Part shown: in pieces, positions 39,201 to 49,462 of the stretch | Numbering within the stretch: position 1 is the first letter of the stretch | Layout of the letters: every line of letters begins with the position of its first letter | DNA from: a virus | Virus record (IMG/VR): IMGVR_UViG_3300020174_000004 | Span: 1 to 64,000 of that record | Length of the DNA: 64,000 bases | Direction: 5' to 3' (one strand) | Notes under the pieces: model-generated | Database searches by the model: none | Told to the model about the DNA's origin: nothing | The model's input: the letters and a program-made list of their open reading frames with translations, nothing else | Position numbers and translations under genes: made by a program

Positions 39201-39357
39201 AACATCAAATACACAAGGAACTAGTGCATTAGCAAATACCATTACATATCCAGATCTAGTTAGAGAAAGTGGTGATGTTATCTATATTGAAAACATAGAA
39301 CCATTTGAAAAGACAATAAATAGTAGAGAAGACATTCGTCTAATTGTAAAATTTTAA
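36235..39357 (+). CDS. 8: Baseplate wedge gp8-like protein with large insertions
   Basis: YVFVGKP..W, RRINW, FKCIHN, DGYIWKYMF, YRKIGIIRNP, SGDVIYIEN...EDIRLIVKF. Confidence 0.85.
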   Translation: MAVLTIKHGVNQAQDFIDHVSAPNNALYVFVGKPTEWSNEPTPDVANNDVNQFEQKIYHDIVFGKRIESTDAKSMIRRINWTSNTVYDEYNHLDGDLYTKNFFVITNENLVFKCIHNNEDAKSTIKPNLTTTSGTFKTTDGYIWKYMFTIDSDSMNRFATKDYIPVIANTIVEDNATPGSIDHINIVNGGTNYQIYEVGQVQRLANSQAIVISSDASENDNIYNLSSIYLSSGLGGNQIRKIKSYDGLNKIIIPYEKFDTFVNIKLSNISDTSEFLVGENISQDITKLNYVYYTGYFTEGDEIKQTDTDALGSLIIANSSVFQLFRSGDTEFNATGDYPVFNTATSGLETSKTGTASITAACTVITGVGTSFDTEYANDEFIRVGHANTNANIRRINEVTNSTQIIVSFAFANTLSANAHYKLADAFSIESKSILSSNGEIVYRNLDGVRLTYNNSITSSSDFVLGETIDMVDSSNNNQYANGIISSIDANTIIVSDVSGVFQASNNTVDLYVKGKTSLSRAQIDDVEDYKNITIIADDRSLVNGQKIFSDGGANAVVESTFFIPNEQTQYIISPTVAITGDGSNALAYSVVNTGATSTNSVYQIVMIDPGSGYTNATITITSNSEFGNGASAEAFISPILGHGANAQIELGADRVGISTKIGTFSEEQYKILPYGDYRKIGIIRNPLYSTTSNPTLWLHLTDLDRVKLFIENRSDIFTTGETVLQTSSNATGTIVYSNSTYMELKNIVGSFDANTANDDITGLASGETANVIAANSSLFTASANSIFYQQVVDNNGLGVYGANGIITQVVSNTLIRVSDVAGRLQSSQQIIEPSTNAYATVEYIYTANNSQDITNNYGKWFNQTSRIGINSQTGNYILFEKVIQETSNASGIIINLTNELDFTLSSNTGAFIVGERIDNTTTSGNAVILFANSTYIKLSDVQGTFEAGDGFDGQSSGESGVVDEAFPVIVVNDIENRFQNGDNLIIGQTSNTQGTSALANTITYPDLVRESGDVIYIENIEPFEKTINSREDIRLIVKF

Positions 39358-39366
39358 GAGGAAAAG

Positions 39367-42300
39367 ATGGCGATCACAACAGATCTTTCACGTAGACCAT
39401 ATTTTGACGAGTTTGATGCTAATGATAACTTTCATAGAGTTTTATTTAGACCATCAACAGCAGTTCAAACACGTGAACTTAATGAAATGCAATCTATATT
39501 GCAGGATCAGGTAGATAAATTTGGTCGTCATATTTTTAAAAATGGGTCTGTTGTTGAAGGGTGCTCATTTACATTTGATAGAAAATATAACTTTGTAAAA
39601 ATCAATGATACATACACAAATAACTTTGCTATCTCAACAACTTCAGACTTTGTTGGAAACTATATTGAAAATGAAAATGGATTGCAGGCTTTAATTATTA
39701 ATTCAGCGGATGGTCTAGAATCAGCAGCTCCAGATTTTAATACTTTATATGTTTCTTATTTAAATTCTGCTGCATATGCAAATGGTGATCCACAAAAAAG
39801 TTTTGATAAAGGTGATGCATTAACATTATATACAACGGCAAATGTTCAAATTGGTAATTCAACTATTGAAGTTGCAACTCCTGCAAATACTTCAGAAGCT
39901 TCTGTTGGTTTTGGTTATGCTTTTACTACAACCGAAGGCGTAATTTTTAAAGATGGATATTTTGTAAGAGTTCCAACACAAACTATACTTGTCAGTAAGT
40001 ATGATAATACTCCTAATAATGTTTCTATTGGATTTAAACTTGATGAATCAATCATAACACCAGAAGCAGATACCACGCTACTTGATAATGCGGCTGGTTC
40101 TCCAAACTTTTCAGCACCTGGCGCGCATAGACTTAAATTAGTACCAACATTAGAAAAAAGAACTACATCAAATATTGATACTAATATATTCTTTTCATTA
40201 TGTGATTTTAAAAATGGTTATCCAGTCACTATTAAGAATGATGCTCAGTACGCTGCTCTTGGAGCAGAACAAGCAAGAAGAACATATGAAACAAATGGCG
40301 ACTTTGTTGTAAAACCATTTCTATTAAATACTGAAACACATGCTTCAAATGCTGAGCTTTTAAATCTTGTTGTTTCACAAGGTCTTGGATATGCCAAAGG
40401 ATATAGAGTTGAATATCTTAATAATAATATTTTAGATTTGCGTAAAGGAACAGATTATGCTAATTCTGAAGTAACAATTACTTCAAATTATGAAAATTAT
40501 TTTATTGTTGATGATTATGTTGGCGAATTTGATACAGATCAATTAATTGAAGTTGAATTACATAATGCATTCAAAAATGCATTAACAGATCGTGGTTTTC
40601 TAGGAACTGCAGCTGGATCAACACAAATTGGTACAGCTAAAATTAGAAGTGTACTTCATGAATCCGGAACACCTGGTACTTCTGATGCGCAATATAAATT
40701 ATACATATTTGATATTGTAATGAATGCTGGCTATTCAACATCTGATGTTAAATCTGTAATGTATACTTCAGGTGGTTCAACTGTTGCATGCGCTGATATT
40801 GTTCAAATTTATAATGCTTCTCTTGGCGCTAATACAACAAGACTTGAAGGAGATTCTCAAAGAACATTATTATTTAGACTTGGTCCAAAGGCTTTAACTA
40901 CAAATGGATTTGGATCTTCAGCTTCATTTTCATATAGAAATAAAGAGTCCGGCACTATTCTAGCAAATGGTCAAATAACCATTACTCTTTCTTCTGATAC
41001 GTTTCCTTATTCTGGAACACTATCAACTTCGCAAAAACAAGAATTTATTCTTATTCCAACAGCCAATCAGGTTTCTACTAAAACAGGAACCGTAAACACT
41101 TATTCAAATTCAACAGTTACGGGTGTTGGAACCAGCTTTACTTCAGAATATAGTGCTGGTGATTATGTAACTATTGATGGTTATACTAGAAGAATTACAC
41201 AAGTATCAAATAATACACATATGAAAATAGATGCAAATGCATCTTATAGCAATACTGGAGCAACACATAAAAAGATTTTTATCAATGGTGTACCAATTCC
41301 ATTAGATAGATCTGCAAGAAGTGTTATTGTTAATTCAACTACTGAAACAGAAATTAATCTTAATGAAACTTTTGATTCTTCTGGTACTCTTGCTGCTGTT
41401 GTGTATCATAAAGCAAAAAGATCTTCTGCACAACCAATTCAAAAAGACATTAAGAAAGCTCGTTATGTTAAGATAGATTGTTCAAATTCTTCTTATGGAA
41501 CTTCTGGACCATGGCCTTTTGGTTTCTCTGATGTTCATAAAATTAATGCTGTTTATATTGGCACTGGTGGTGTATATTCCAACACTGGAACTGATTATAA
41601 AAATTATTTTACTCTTGATAATGGTCAGAAAGATTCATATTATGCAATATCTACTTTAAAAACTAAAACAAATTCTTTATTAAGTAATACTTCAACTATT
41701 CTTGTTGAATTTGATTATTTTGATCACGATGAATCAGCCGGTAAAGGTTTCTTTACTGCTGCTTCTTATCCTGTTTATGCCAATGATTATATAGATTCAA
41801 CACATATCTCCATTAAAGATATTCCACTATATACTTCTTCAAAAGGCCAGGTATATGATTTACGTGATCATGTAGATTTTAGACCATATGCTGCAAATAC
41901 AGCAGTTGATACAGGAACAGTTGCAAGCGCAACAGTTAATCCTATAGCAACTATATCATGGGATTTACCAGTTGAAGGTTCTTATATCCCTGTTCCCGAT
42001 TCAGAATTTACAACTGATCTGGCATATTATCTACCACGTGTTGATAGAGTTATGATGACTACTGGGGGACAGATAAGAATTATTGAAGGTGAATCATCAT
42101 TAACACCCGTGCCTCCTCTTGCTAAAGAAGATATGATGAATCTTGGAACTGTTAGAGTTACACAATATCCAACTTTAACACCATATGAAGCAAAATTAGC
42201 CAATCGTTATGATTATTCAGTTACTGTTGATATTAAACAAAACAAAAGATATACAATGAGAGATATTGCCGGTATTGAGTCAAGAATTAATGTTCTTGAA

Positions 42301-43566
42301 TATTATACTGCTTTAAACCTTCTTGAAAAAAATGCTAATGATTTATTAGTAAGAAGTGATTCAACAGGTCTTAATAGATTTAAAAATGGATTTATGGTTG
42401 ATAACTTTGATACATTTGCAGTTACCAATACTTTACATCCAAAGTTTAATATTTCTCTTGATAAAAAGAAATCAGAATTAAGACCAAAATTTAAAGTTAG
42501 AAGATTTACTTTGGATTTTGATTCTTCTAAGAGTTCAAATGTTGTTAAAAAAGGTAAATCAATATTATTAACTCATACTTCTTCACTTTTAACAAGACAA
42601 AATTTTGCTACAAAATATAGAAATTGTATTGAAGGCAATATATATAATCATATTGGAAGAATAGAAATTCCGTTAGAAGGATCAATTGAACCATGTTATG
42701 ATACTTTACCGGATGTTGTATCAAACCTTGATTTATCACAGAACTGGATAACTTTAGCAAATGCATGGGAAACTGAATGGGGTACATGGGAAACACAAAG
42801 CACTAGACAAACTGGCACTTCGAGTTCAAGTACATCATCTACATCATCTGCATGGGATTATTATGGTGGTGAAACTGTTACTACTACTACTTATACAACT
42901 ACAGTTGATACGTTTGCCGAACAACAAAAAAGAATTGGTCAAGATTTAGTTACAACAAATAATAATACTTCTATAAATTTAGGTCAATATATACAAAGCA
43001 TTAATATATTACCATATATTAATGCTCAAACTGTACAATTTTATGCTTATGATTTAAAACCTAATACTAGAGTATATCTTTATTTTAATGATATTCTTTT
43101 AAGTTATAGTACAAGATTGGATAATAATAGTTATGTTAGAAGATTAGATACTTCAACTAATGCTTCAAATATATTTCAAAACTCTGATGAAATAACATAT
43201 CAATTAAAAGAAGAACTTATTACTGATTCTAAAGGACGTGTATTTGGCGTAATTAATATACCACCAAATACATTTAAACAAGAACAATCGTTAATTAAAA
43301 TTTTAGATATAGATGATTTAACACAAGGTGAAGATGCTATAACTACTTCAGCTATTAAAGAATTTTATGCATCTAAATTACATGTTAACTATGCAAGTTC
43401 TATTTTAAATGTAAAATCGCCATTATTAGAATGGAGTGAAGTAGATGCAAATAGAACTATAACATATACAGAAACAGGAACGAATGTTGTAAGAACATCA
43501 ATATATATAGAGCCACCACCACCGCCAGAAGACGAGTATTACTTTGAATGTGCTTCTTGTCCATAA
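39367..43566 (+). CDS. Large virion structural protein (VrlC/DUF4815-like), N-terminal part
   Basis: PYFDEFD, VLFRP..AVQTRELNEMQ, APGAHR, RTYETNGDF, YYLPRVD, RFKNGFMVDNF. Confidence 0.85.
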   Translation: MAITTDLSRRPYFDEFDANDNFHRVLFRPSTAVQTRELNEMQSILQDQVDKFGRHIFKNGSVVEGCSFTFDRKYNFVKINDTYTNNFAISTTSDFVGNYIENENGLQALIINSADGLESAAPDFNTLYVSYLNSAAYANGDPQKSFDKGDALTLYTTANVQIGNSTIEVATPANTSEASVGFGYAFTTTEGVIFKDGYFVRVPTQTILVSKYDNTPNNVSIGFKLDESIITPEADTTLLDNAAGSPNFSAPGAHRLKLVPTLEKRTTSNIDTNIFFSLCDFKNGYPVTIKNDAQYAALGAEQARRTYETNGDFVVKPFLLNTETHASNAELLNLVVSQGLGYAKGYRVEYLNNNILDLRKGTDYANSEVTITSNYENYFIVDDYVGEFDTDQLIEVELHNAFKNALTDRGFLGTAAGSTQIGTAKIRSVLHESGTPGTSDAQYKLYIFDIVMNAGYSTSDVKSVMYTSGGSTVACADIVQIYNASLGANTTRLEGDSQRTLLFRLGPKALTTNGFGSSASFSYRNKESGTILANGQITITLSSDTFPYSGTLSTSQKQEFILIPTANQVSTKTGTVNTYSNSTVTGVGTSFTSEYSAGDYVTIDGYTRRITQVSNNTHMKIDANASYSNTGATHKKIFINGVPIPLDRSARSVIVNSTTETEINLNETFDSSGTLAAVVYHKAKRSSAQPIQKDIKKARYVKIDCSNSSYGTSGPWPFGFSDVHKINAVYIGTGGVYSNTGTDYKNYFTLDNGQKDSYYAISTLKTKTNSLLSNTSTILVEFDYFDHDESAGKGFFTAASYPVYANDYIDSTHISIKDIPLYTSSKGQVYDLRDHVDFRPYAANTAVDTGTVASATVNPIATISWDLPVEGSYIPVPDSEFTTDLAYYLPRVDRVMMTTGGQIRIIEGESSLTPVPPLAKEDMMNLGTVRVTQYPTLTPYEAKLANRYDYSVTVDIKQNKRYTMRDIAGIESRINVLEYYTALNLLEKNANDLLVRSDSTGLNRFKNGFMVDNFDTFAVTNTLHPKFNISLDKKKSELRPKFKVRRFTLDFDSSKSSNVVKKGKSILLTHTSSLLTRQNFATKYRNCIEGNIYNHIGRIEIPLEGSIEPCYDTLPDVVSNLDLSQNWITLANAWETEWGTWETQSTRQTGTSSSSTSSTSSAWDYYGGETVTTTTYTTTVDTFAEQQKRIGQDLVTTNNNTSINLGQYIQSINILPYINAQTVQFYAYDLKPNTRVYLYFNDILLSYSTRLDNNSYVRRLDTSTNASNIFQNSDEITYQLKEELITDSKGRVFGVINIPPNTFKQEQSLIKILDIDDLTQGEDAITTSAIKEFYASKLHVNYASSILNVKSPLLEWSEVDANRTITYTETGTNVVRTSIYIEPPPPPEDEYYFECASCP

Positions 43567-43584
43567 AAATCAAGGAAATAATAA

Positions 43585-46101
43585 ATGAAACCAATTGGTC
43601 AAACGTTTTTTGTATCAAAACCGCAAAATGGAACGGCTGGTATTTATCTATATAAAATAGATGTATATTTTAAATCTATTGATCCTGATAAAGGTATAGT
43701 TTTACAATTAAGAGAAACTGATAATGGATACCCTACTTCTATAGTTATACCAAATAGTGAATGTTTCGCTTTTCCTGACGGTGATTATCAAGATGCTATA
43801 GCAAATCCAGATGATTATGGTGGGCTTTGGGATGATCAACCCACACATAATATTGCATATGCATCAGATGATGCTAGTGCTGCTACTAGTTTTACTTTTA
43901 AACAACCACCATATTTAGAAGCAAATAAATCATATGCATTTGTTTTAATACCCGGAGGTGGAACCGATAAATATGAAGTTTGGACTTCAGAAATTGGACA
44001 AACTGATGTATTAACAAATAATTTAGTAAGTAAAAATAATGACACAGGAACTTTGTTTATATCATCAAACGATATTCAATGGACTCCTATACAAACTGAA
44101 GATATAAAATTTTCAATACATCAAGCTAGTTTTACTAACACTTCTGGTAGCGCAATATTAAATGTAGCAAATACAGATTCTTTTTATATAAAAGATACTG
44201 TTGGAACTTTTCGAAAAGGTGAAACTGCATATGTTAGTAATGCAGTGTTTGATATTTCAAGATTAGTTATTGCTTCCAATTCTGCTGCATTTACAACATC
44301 AGAAACAGTTTATCAGAGCAATGGAACAGCAAATATTGCATTTGGTACTTTAACTTTTGCTAATACAACTAATCTTGTTGTTGCAAATACCAGAGGTGTA
44401 TTTGATGCTTCATATGAAGTAAAAGGAATCACTTCAACAGCAAATGCTTCACTTTCTTCAGTTGTAGATGATACTACTTTCTCCAGTGGTTCAAATACTA
44501 TAACAGTGCCATATTCAGGTGTTTTTTCTAATGGTGATTATATTTTTGTAGCTAAAAGTTCTTTAGCCAATGGGCTTTTTAGAAGAATTACTTCTATAAA
44601 TTCAAATACGGAGATTCGAGTTAATACTAATATGCCTTATACCGAATCAACTGGCGCATTTATAGCAAGATATGATAATATTGGAGGATTGATTAACACA
44701 CAAGAAATTTATGATCAAAATAAACAATCTATAGTATTAATTTTTCAAAAATCTTTTACTTCTTCAAGAAATCATTCTGGATCTAAAATATATAATGAAT
44801 ATGTGTTTGGACTTTCTTCTAAATCAGCAGCAAAAATAGATTCACAAAGTGAAATTCAATATAATTCAATAACTCCTTTAATTTTAGAATTTGAACCAAA
44901 AGATACGTCATTAACATATTCATTTAAAGGCTTAGATGATGATGGAAATTATACATCTGATGATTCTTCATATTTAAATTTAAAAAATAAAATTGCTGCC
45001 GAATTATATGATAAACAAAGAATTTTAGCTAATTATAGTAATGAATTGGAAAATAGATCAGGTTCTGCAAATACTTCTTTAAGAATTAAAGTAGATTTTG
45101 CAACTGGAAATAATGAAATTTCTCCTAATATTGATATGATGTCAAGATACATTACTTTAACAGAAAATATTCTTGTATCAGATGAAAATTTAACTGGTTA
45201 TTATTTAACTCTTAATAAAACTCTTGATAACCAATTGGATGTTCCAGCTGTAGGTTCAACTGTTACGCTTGGATCTAATACAGCAGAAGTAGCATATGCT
45301 AATACTACATTTGTTAGAGTAATTAATAATTCAGGAAAATTTCCATCAAATCCGGGTAATATGACATTTGATACATTTACAGCAAATGTTTCAATTGCTG
45401 AATACTATTCAGAAAGTTTGGATAATGGATTTGATGATGTGGCAAGATATATTTCTAAAAGCACATCACTCGCTCCAAATCAAGAAGCCGATGATGCAAT
45501 AACATATTTAACTGCATATAGACCAGCAAACACCGGCATATATGTTTATATTAAGGCTCTTGGTGTAAATGATTCTAGTGATTTTGAAAATAGAGTTTGG
45601 TCACAAATGCCAGAAAAAAATTCTATTGGATTATTAAGCAGTAAGGCTAATATTAATGACTATGTTGAATTAGAATATAATCTTCCAACAAGTAAAGGTC
45701 TTTTTGCTGATTCTGGAAGTTGTGGATCTACCTCAGCAAATGTTGGAATGTTTAATACAGAAACTCTTTCTGTTGGTGATTTTATATATGTTAAGGATAA
45801 TGCAAACTCAACATTCACTGTAAGAGAAGTTATATCCGTAACAAATTCAAGTTCAGTTGTTGTATCAAGTAATGTAGGTTTTACATCTTCAAATGCGGCA
45901 ATTGGTGTTATACCAGACCTATCACATGAAAATGGCGTATTTAAATATCATGATAATGAATATATTTCTAAATATGTAAATAGTTCTGGTGATGTCCATG
46001 ATACAATCAAACAATTTGCTATTAAGATAATACTAACCGGTGATAATCATTATATTATTCCACGTGTTGCTGATATGAGAACTCTAGCATTACAGAACTA
46101 A
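43585..46101 (+). CDS. Large virion structural protein (VrlC-like), C-terminal part
   Basis: PIGQTF, IDVYF, GYPT, EDIKF, ARYISK, FAIKI...PRVADMRTLAL. Confidence 0.8.
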   Translation: MKPIGQTFFVSKPQNGTAGIYLYKIDVYFKSIDPDKGIVLQLRETDNGYPTSIVIPNSECFAFPDGDYQDAIANPDDYGGLWDDQPTHNIAYASDDASAATSFTFKQPPYLEANKSYAFVLIPGGGTDKYEVWTSEIGQTDVLTNNLVSKNNDTGTLFISSNDIQWTPIQTEDIKFSIHQASFTNTSGSAILNVANTDSFYIKDTVGTFRKGETAYVSNAVFDISRLVIASNSAAFTTSETVYQSNGTANIAFGTLTFANTTNLVVANTRGVFDASYEVKGITSTANASLSSVVDDTTFSSGSNTITVPYSGVFSNGDYIFVAKSSLANGLFRRITSINSNTEIRVNTNMPYTESTGAFIARYDNIGGLINTQEIYDQNKQSIVLIFQKSFTSSRNHSGSKIYNEYVFGLSSKSAAKIDSQSEIQYNSITPLILEFEPKDTSLTYSFKGLDDDGNYTSDDSSYLNLKNKIAAELYDKQRILANYSNELENRSGSANTSLRIKVDFATGNNEISPNIDMMSRYITLTENILVSDENLTGYYLTLNKTLDNQLDVPAVGSTVTLGSNTAEVAYANTTFVRVINNSGKFPSNPGNMTFDTFTANVSIAEYYSESLDNGFDDVARYISKSTSLAPNQEADDAITYLTAYRPANTGIYVYIKALGVNDSSDFENRVWSQMPEKNSIGLLSSKANINDYVELEYNLPTSKGLFADSGSCGSTSANVGMFNTETLSVGDFIYVKDNANSTFTVREVISVTNSSSVVVSSNVGFTSSNAAIGVIPDLSHENGVFKYHDNEYISKYVNSSGDVHDTIKQFAIKIILTGDNHYIIPRVADMRTLALQN

Positions 46102-46102
46102 G

Positions 46103-46327
46103 ATGGCAGAAAATTATTTAAAAGTAATAGATAATAAAAATCTTCTTAGACATGCTAGTTCTCGTGGAATAGTAAACACAGATGATGATGGACTAAAAAA
46201 ATATCGTGAAGAACGTGATCGAGCAAAGAAACTAAATAATATTGTAGAAGAACAGGATAAAATTAATCAAGAACTTAATGATATTAAGTCTTTGTTATCA
46301 CAAATTTTAAATAAGATAGAGAAGTAA
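46103..46327 (+). CDS. Small coiled-coil virion-associated protein
   Basis: LLRHASSRGIVNTD, ELNDIKSLLSQIL. Confidence 0.75.
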   Translation: MAENYLKVIDNKNLLRHASSRGIVNTDDDGLKKYREERDRAKKLNNIVEEQDKINQELNDIKSLLSQILNKIEK

Positions 46328-47293
46328 ATGACAATATCAGTATCACCAGTTACTAATACTCAAACCTTTGGTGTTTGGTTATCAAGATCAAACCAGGTGT
46401 ATAAAATCATAAGTAACAATGCAGTGACATGTGATTTAACATCCGACGGTTCTTTAACTACAGGTAATGGTCATGTAAATGGTTATTTTTCAGCGGTAGT
46501 ATTAGCAGCAAATTCTTATATTAGAGGTGGCGATGTTAATACTGTAAACACTTTATATGTTGCTTCAAATACAATATTTCAGCCAAATGGTTCTTCGCAA
46601 CCAAACACTCTTTATATTACTGCTAATTCTACTGTATCGCAGACACAAGTAACGTCTGTAGTAACCAATATTACTTCTACAAATACAGCCGTTTCTGGTT
46701 CTAGATTAGATGTTAGTTCAACATTAGCAAATGTTACTTCAACTAATTTTAATGTTACATCAATATCAACATTTAGTGGTAATACAACATTTAAGTATTC
46801 AACAACAGATCTTGTTAGTTTAACTGGAAATAGTACAGTTACAGCTCTTGTAGCAAATGTTGCAAATCTTCATGTTACAGGAACACAATCAAATCTAAAT
46901 GCAACATATGTTGGAATTAATTCTCAAAGAACAGTAATAACTGGAAACACTGAAGTTTACGCTCTTAAAGTTGATACTATTTCTTATACAGATACAGCAA
47001 CACATACAACTTCAAGCACAAGTGCAGAAACAGTTGACACATTTGCTTTAGCGACATTTAGATCTGCAGAATATACTGTTTCAATTACATCAGGAAGCGA
47101 TTATCAATCTTCAAAATTATTAGTACTTCATGATGGAACAACTGCTTCTGTTACAGAATTTGGAACTTTAAGAACAGGATCAAATCTTGTTACTTTTGAG
47201 GCTGATATTTCAGGATCCGATGTTAGACTTAGAGGAACTTCTGCTTCTTCAGGTGCTGTTATAAATATTCATAGAGTAGCAATGTACGTCTGA
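46328..47293 (+). CDS. Baseplate/fibre structural protein
   Basis: TFGVW N-terminus; C-terminal DTF..ATFRSAEY...LVLHDG...EFG domain; S/T/N-rich. Confidence 0.7.
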   Translation: MTISVSPVTNTQTFGVWLSRSNQVYKIISNNAVTCDLTSDGSLTTGNGHVNGYFSAVVLAANSYIRGGDVNTVNTLYVASNTIFQPNGSSQPNTLYITANSTVSQTQVTSVVTNITSTNTAVSGSRLDVSSTLANVTSTNFNVTSISTFSGNTTFKYSTTDLVSLTGNSTVTALVANVANLHVTGTQSNLNATYVGINSQRTVITGNTEVYALKVDTISYTDTATHTTSSTSAETVDTFALATFRSAEYTVSITSGSDYQSSKLLVLHDGTTASVTEFGTLRTGSNLVTFEADISGSDVRLRGTSASSGAVINIHRVAMYV

Positions 47294-47301
47294 GGATAAA
47301 A

Positions 47302-47625
47302 ATGGCATCAAAAGCAAATTTAATTATAGATCAAGGCTCTACATTCTCAGCAACCATTAATCTAGATGATTCAAATGGTGATGATTTGGTTGTTACAGGT
47401 TACACATCAAGATCTCAGATGCGAAAGCATTATACATCCTCAAATTCAGTTACCATTACTACAGCTCTTGAAGACGGTCTTTTAACATTGTCATTAACCG
47501 ATTCTCAAACTGCTAATATAGTAGCAGGAAGATATGTTTATGATGTAGAATTAATTGATTCTTCCAATAATGTTACTCGAATTATTGAAGGTATTATAAC
47601 TGTTACACCAGAGGTAACAAGATAA
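47302..47625 (+). CDS. Virion structural protein (BppU-like adaptor)
   Basis: ANLIIDQGSTF, QMRKHY, GRYVYDVE, RIIEGIITVTPEVT. Confidence 0.75.
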   Translation: MASKANLIIDQGSTFSATINLDDSNGDDLVVTGYTSRSQMRKHYTSSNSVTITTALEDGLLTLSLTDSQTANIVAGRYVYDVELIDSSNNVTRIIEGIITVTPEVTR

Positions 47626-47897
47626 TGGCTGTTGTAGCTACATTAACTAGAACAAGACCAACGGTATCTGTTAAAGTAAATCAAGAAGGTGTAATTCGTT
47701 CTAATGCACCAGTTACAATAAAATCATCTATTGAAGCAAGAACTAATAGGCTTGATCTTCTTGAAGATGTAGTAGAACAAGTCGGTTCTATTTCTAATGG
47801 TCATACATTAGTTTATAATTCAGATACAGATAAATATGTAGTAAAAGCTTTAAATCTAGGGGATGTATCAGGCACTCTTGACGGCGGTACTTTTTAA
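47625..47897 (+). CDS. Small fibre-associated protein ending LDGGTF
   Basis: LEDV...LVYNSDTDKY, C-terminal LDGGTF. Confidence 0.7.
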   Translation: MAVVATLTRTRPTVSVKVNQEGVIRSNAPVTIKSSIEARTNRLDLLEDVVEQVGSISNGHTLVYNSDTDKYVVKALNLGDVSGTLDGGTF

Positions 47898-47927
47898 TAT
47901 GGCCTTAAATAAACAGGATAAAAATAA

Positions 47928-49409
47928 ATGGCCAATTTAATTCAAATTAAACGTTCAATAAATACAGCAACTCCAGGTTCATTGGCCAATGGTGAATTGG
48001 CATATACCGCTAATGGTGATGTTCTTTATATTGGTTCAGCTGGCACTGTAGAACCAATTTCTGGCAAACGATATCCTGGTACTCTTACAGCTAACCAGGC
48101 TCTAGTTGCTAACTCAACAAGTTATTTAGATGTAATTAAGACAGCAAATCTTTATATTGGTTCAGCATCTGTTAATCAGATTAATGCAACTGCAAATACA
48201 ACACATCTTGGTGCAGCGGCTAATAATGAACTTCCTACTACATTTGCTGTTAAGACATATGTAGATTCATCTATTGCATATACAGTAACAAATAATAGTT
48301 CAAATACTCAGGTTCTATTTAATGATTCTGGTGTTGTTGCTGGTGATGCTGGAATGACATATAATGCAGCATCTGATACTTTAACTGTTACTAATTTTTC
48401 TGGTGATGGTGCTTTAGTTACTAGTGTTGATGCTGCAACTGTAGGTGGTAATACCGCTTCTACTCTCAGAACTTATTCTGATACAACTGCTGCTACAGCG
48501 TATACCAATGCTACTTCTTACACAGACACGTCTTCCAGTACAGCATACTCAAATGCAATGTCAGATACACTTTCTAGAAGTGGTACATATACTGGTAATA
48601 ATACTTTTGGTGGTACAGAAACAATTATTAATTCATTATTAACTGTAACTGCTAATGCTGTTATTGGTGATTCAGTAAATGATAAAATTGAATTCACATC
48701 AAGAGTTGGTTCAAATTTAAATCCTTCAGCAAATGTTACTTATAGCTTAGGTACAAATGATCTTCGCTGGAATGAGATTCATGCTTCTAATGTTCATTCA
48801 GTAACAGGTTATTTTGATGGTGATCTATCAGTAAGCGGTGATCTAACTGTTTCTGGCAATGTTACATATGTATCAGCTTCTGAATTGAGCATAGTTGACC
48901 CTCTAATTCATTTAGCTGCTAACAATGAAACTTCTGATACTCTCGATATTGGTTTTATAGGTCACTATTCTCCTGATGGTGGTTCTACAAAAGCTCATAC
49001 TGGTTTTTATCGTGATGCTGGAGATGATTCATATTATCTATTTACTGGCTCAGAGCAAGCAAATCTTGATTCTGGCGCAACTACAGTAGATACTGGTGCT
49101 ACTGGTTATACACAAGCACTACTACATGCTTATATTAATACTGGTGCATTAGTATCAAATTCAACAGTTACTAATATTACTGCTAATTCTACAATATCAG
49201 TAGGAATTACAGCTAATACATTAGCATTATCAACTGCTCTTGCAGGAACATCTGGTGGTACTGGCCTAGCGTCATATACCGCTGAAGATATTCTAGTTGC
49301 TAACTCTTCAAATGGATTTAGAAAACTAGGACTTGGTACTTTAGGATATGTTCTACAGTCAAATGGAACTGCTCTTGTTTATGACTCTCTTGATGGCGGA
49401 TCATTTTAA
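47928..49409 (+). CDS. Tail fibre protein with Mtd-like N-terminal domain
   Basis: IQIKRS...GELAY N-terminus; C-terminal LDGGSF. Confidence 0.8.
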   Translation: MANLIQIKRSINTATPGSLANGELAYTANGDVLYIGSAGTVEPISGKRYPGTLTANQALVANSTSYLDVIKTANLYIGSASVNQINATANTTHLGAAANNELPTTFAVKTYVDSSIAYTVTNNSSNTQVLFNDSGVVAGDAGMTYNAASDTLTVTNFSGDGALVTSVDAATVGGNTASTLRTYSDTTAATAYTNATSYTDTSSSTAYSNAMSDTLSRSGTYTGNNTFGGTETIINSLLTVTANAVIGDSVNDKIEFTSRVGSNLNPSANVTYSLGTNDLRWNEIHASNVHSVTGYFDGDLSVSGDLTVSGNVTYVSASELSIVDPLIHLAANNETSDTLDIGFIGHYSPDGGSTKAHTGFYRDAGDDSYYLFTGSEQANLDSGATTVDTGATGYTQALLHAYINTGALVSNSTVTNITANSTISVGITANTLALSTALAGTSGGTGLASYTAEDILVANSSNGFRKLGLGTLGYVLQSNGTALVYDSLDGGSF

Positions 49410-49421
49410 AAATAAAAAAAT

Positions 49422-49462
49422 ACTAAATACTCCTAGAGATAACATCAAAGGGAGTATTTTTT
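49422..49462 (+). promoter_or_regulatory. Late-promoter-like box in RBS-sequestering hairpin
   Basis: ACTAAATA overlaps AAATACTCC (49425-49433), which pairs with GGAGTATTT (49451-49459). Confidence 0.7.
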
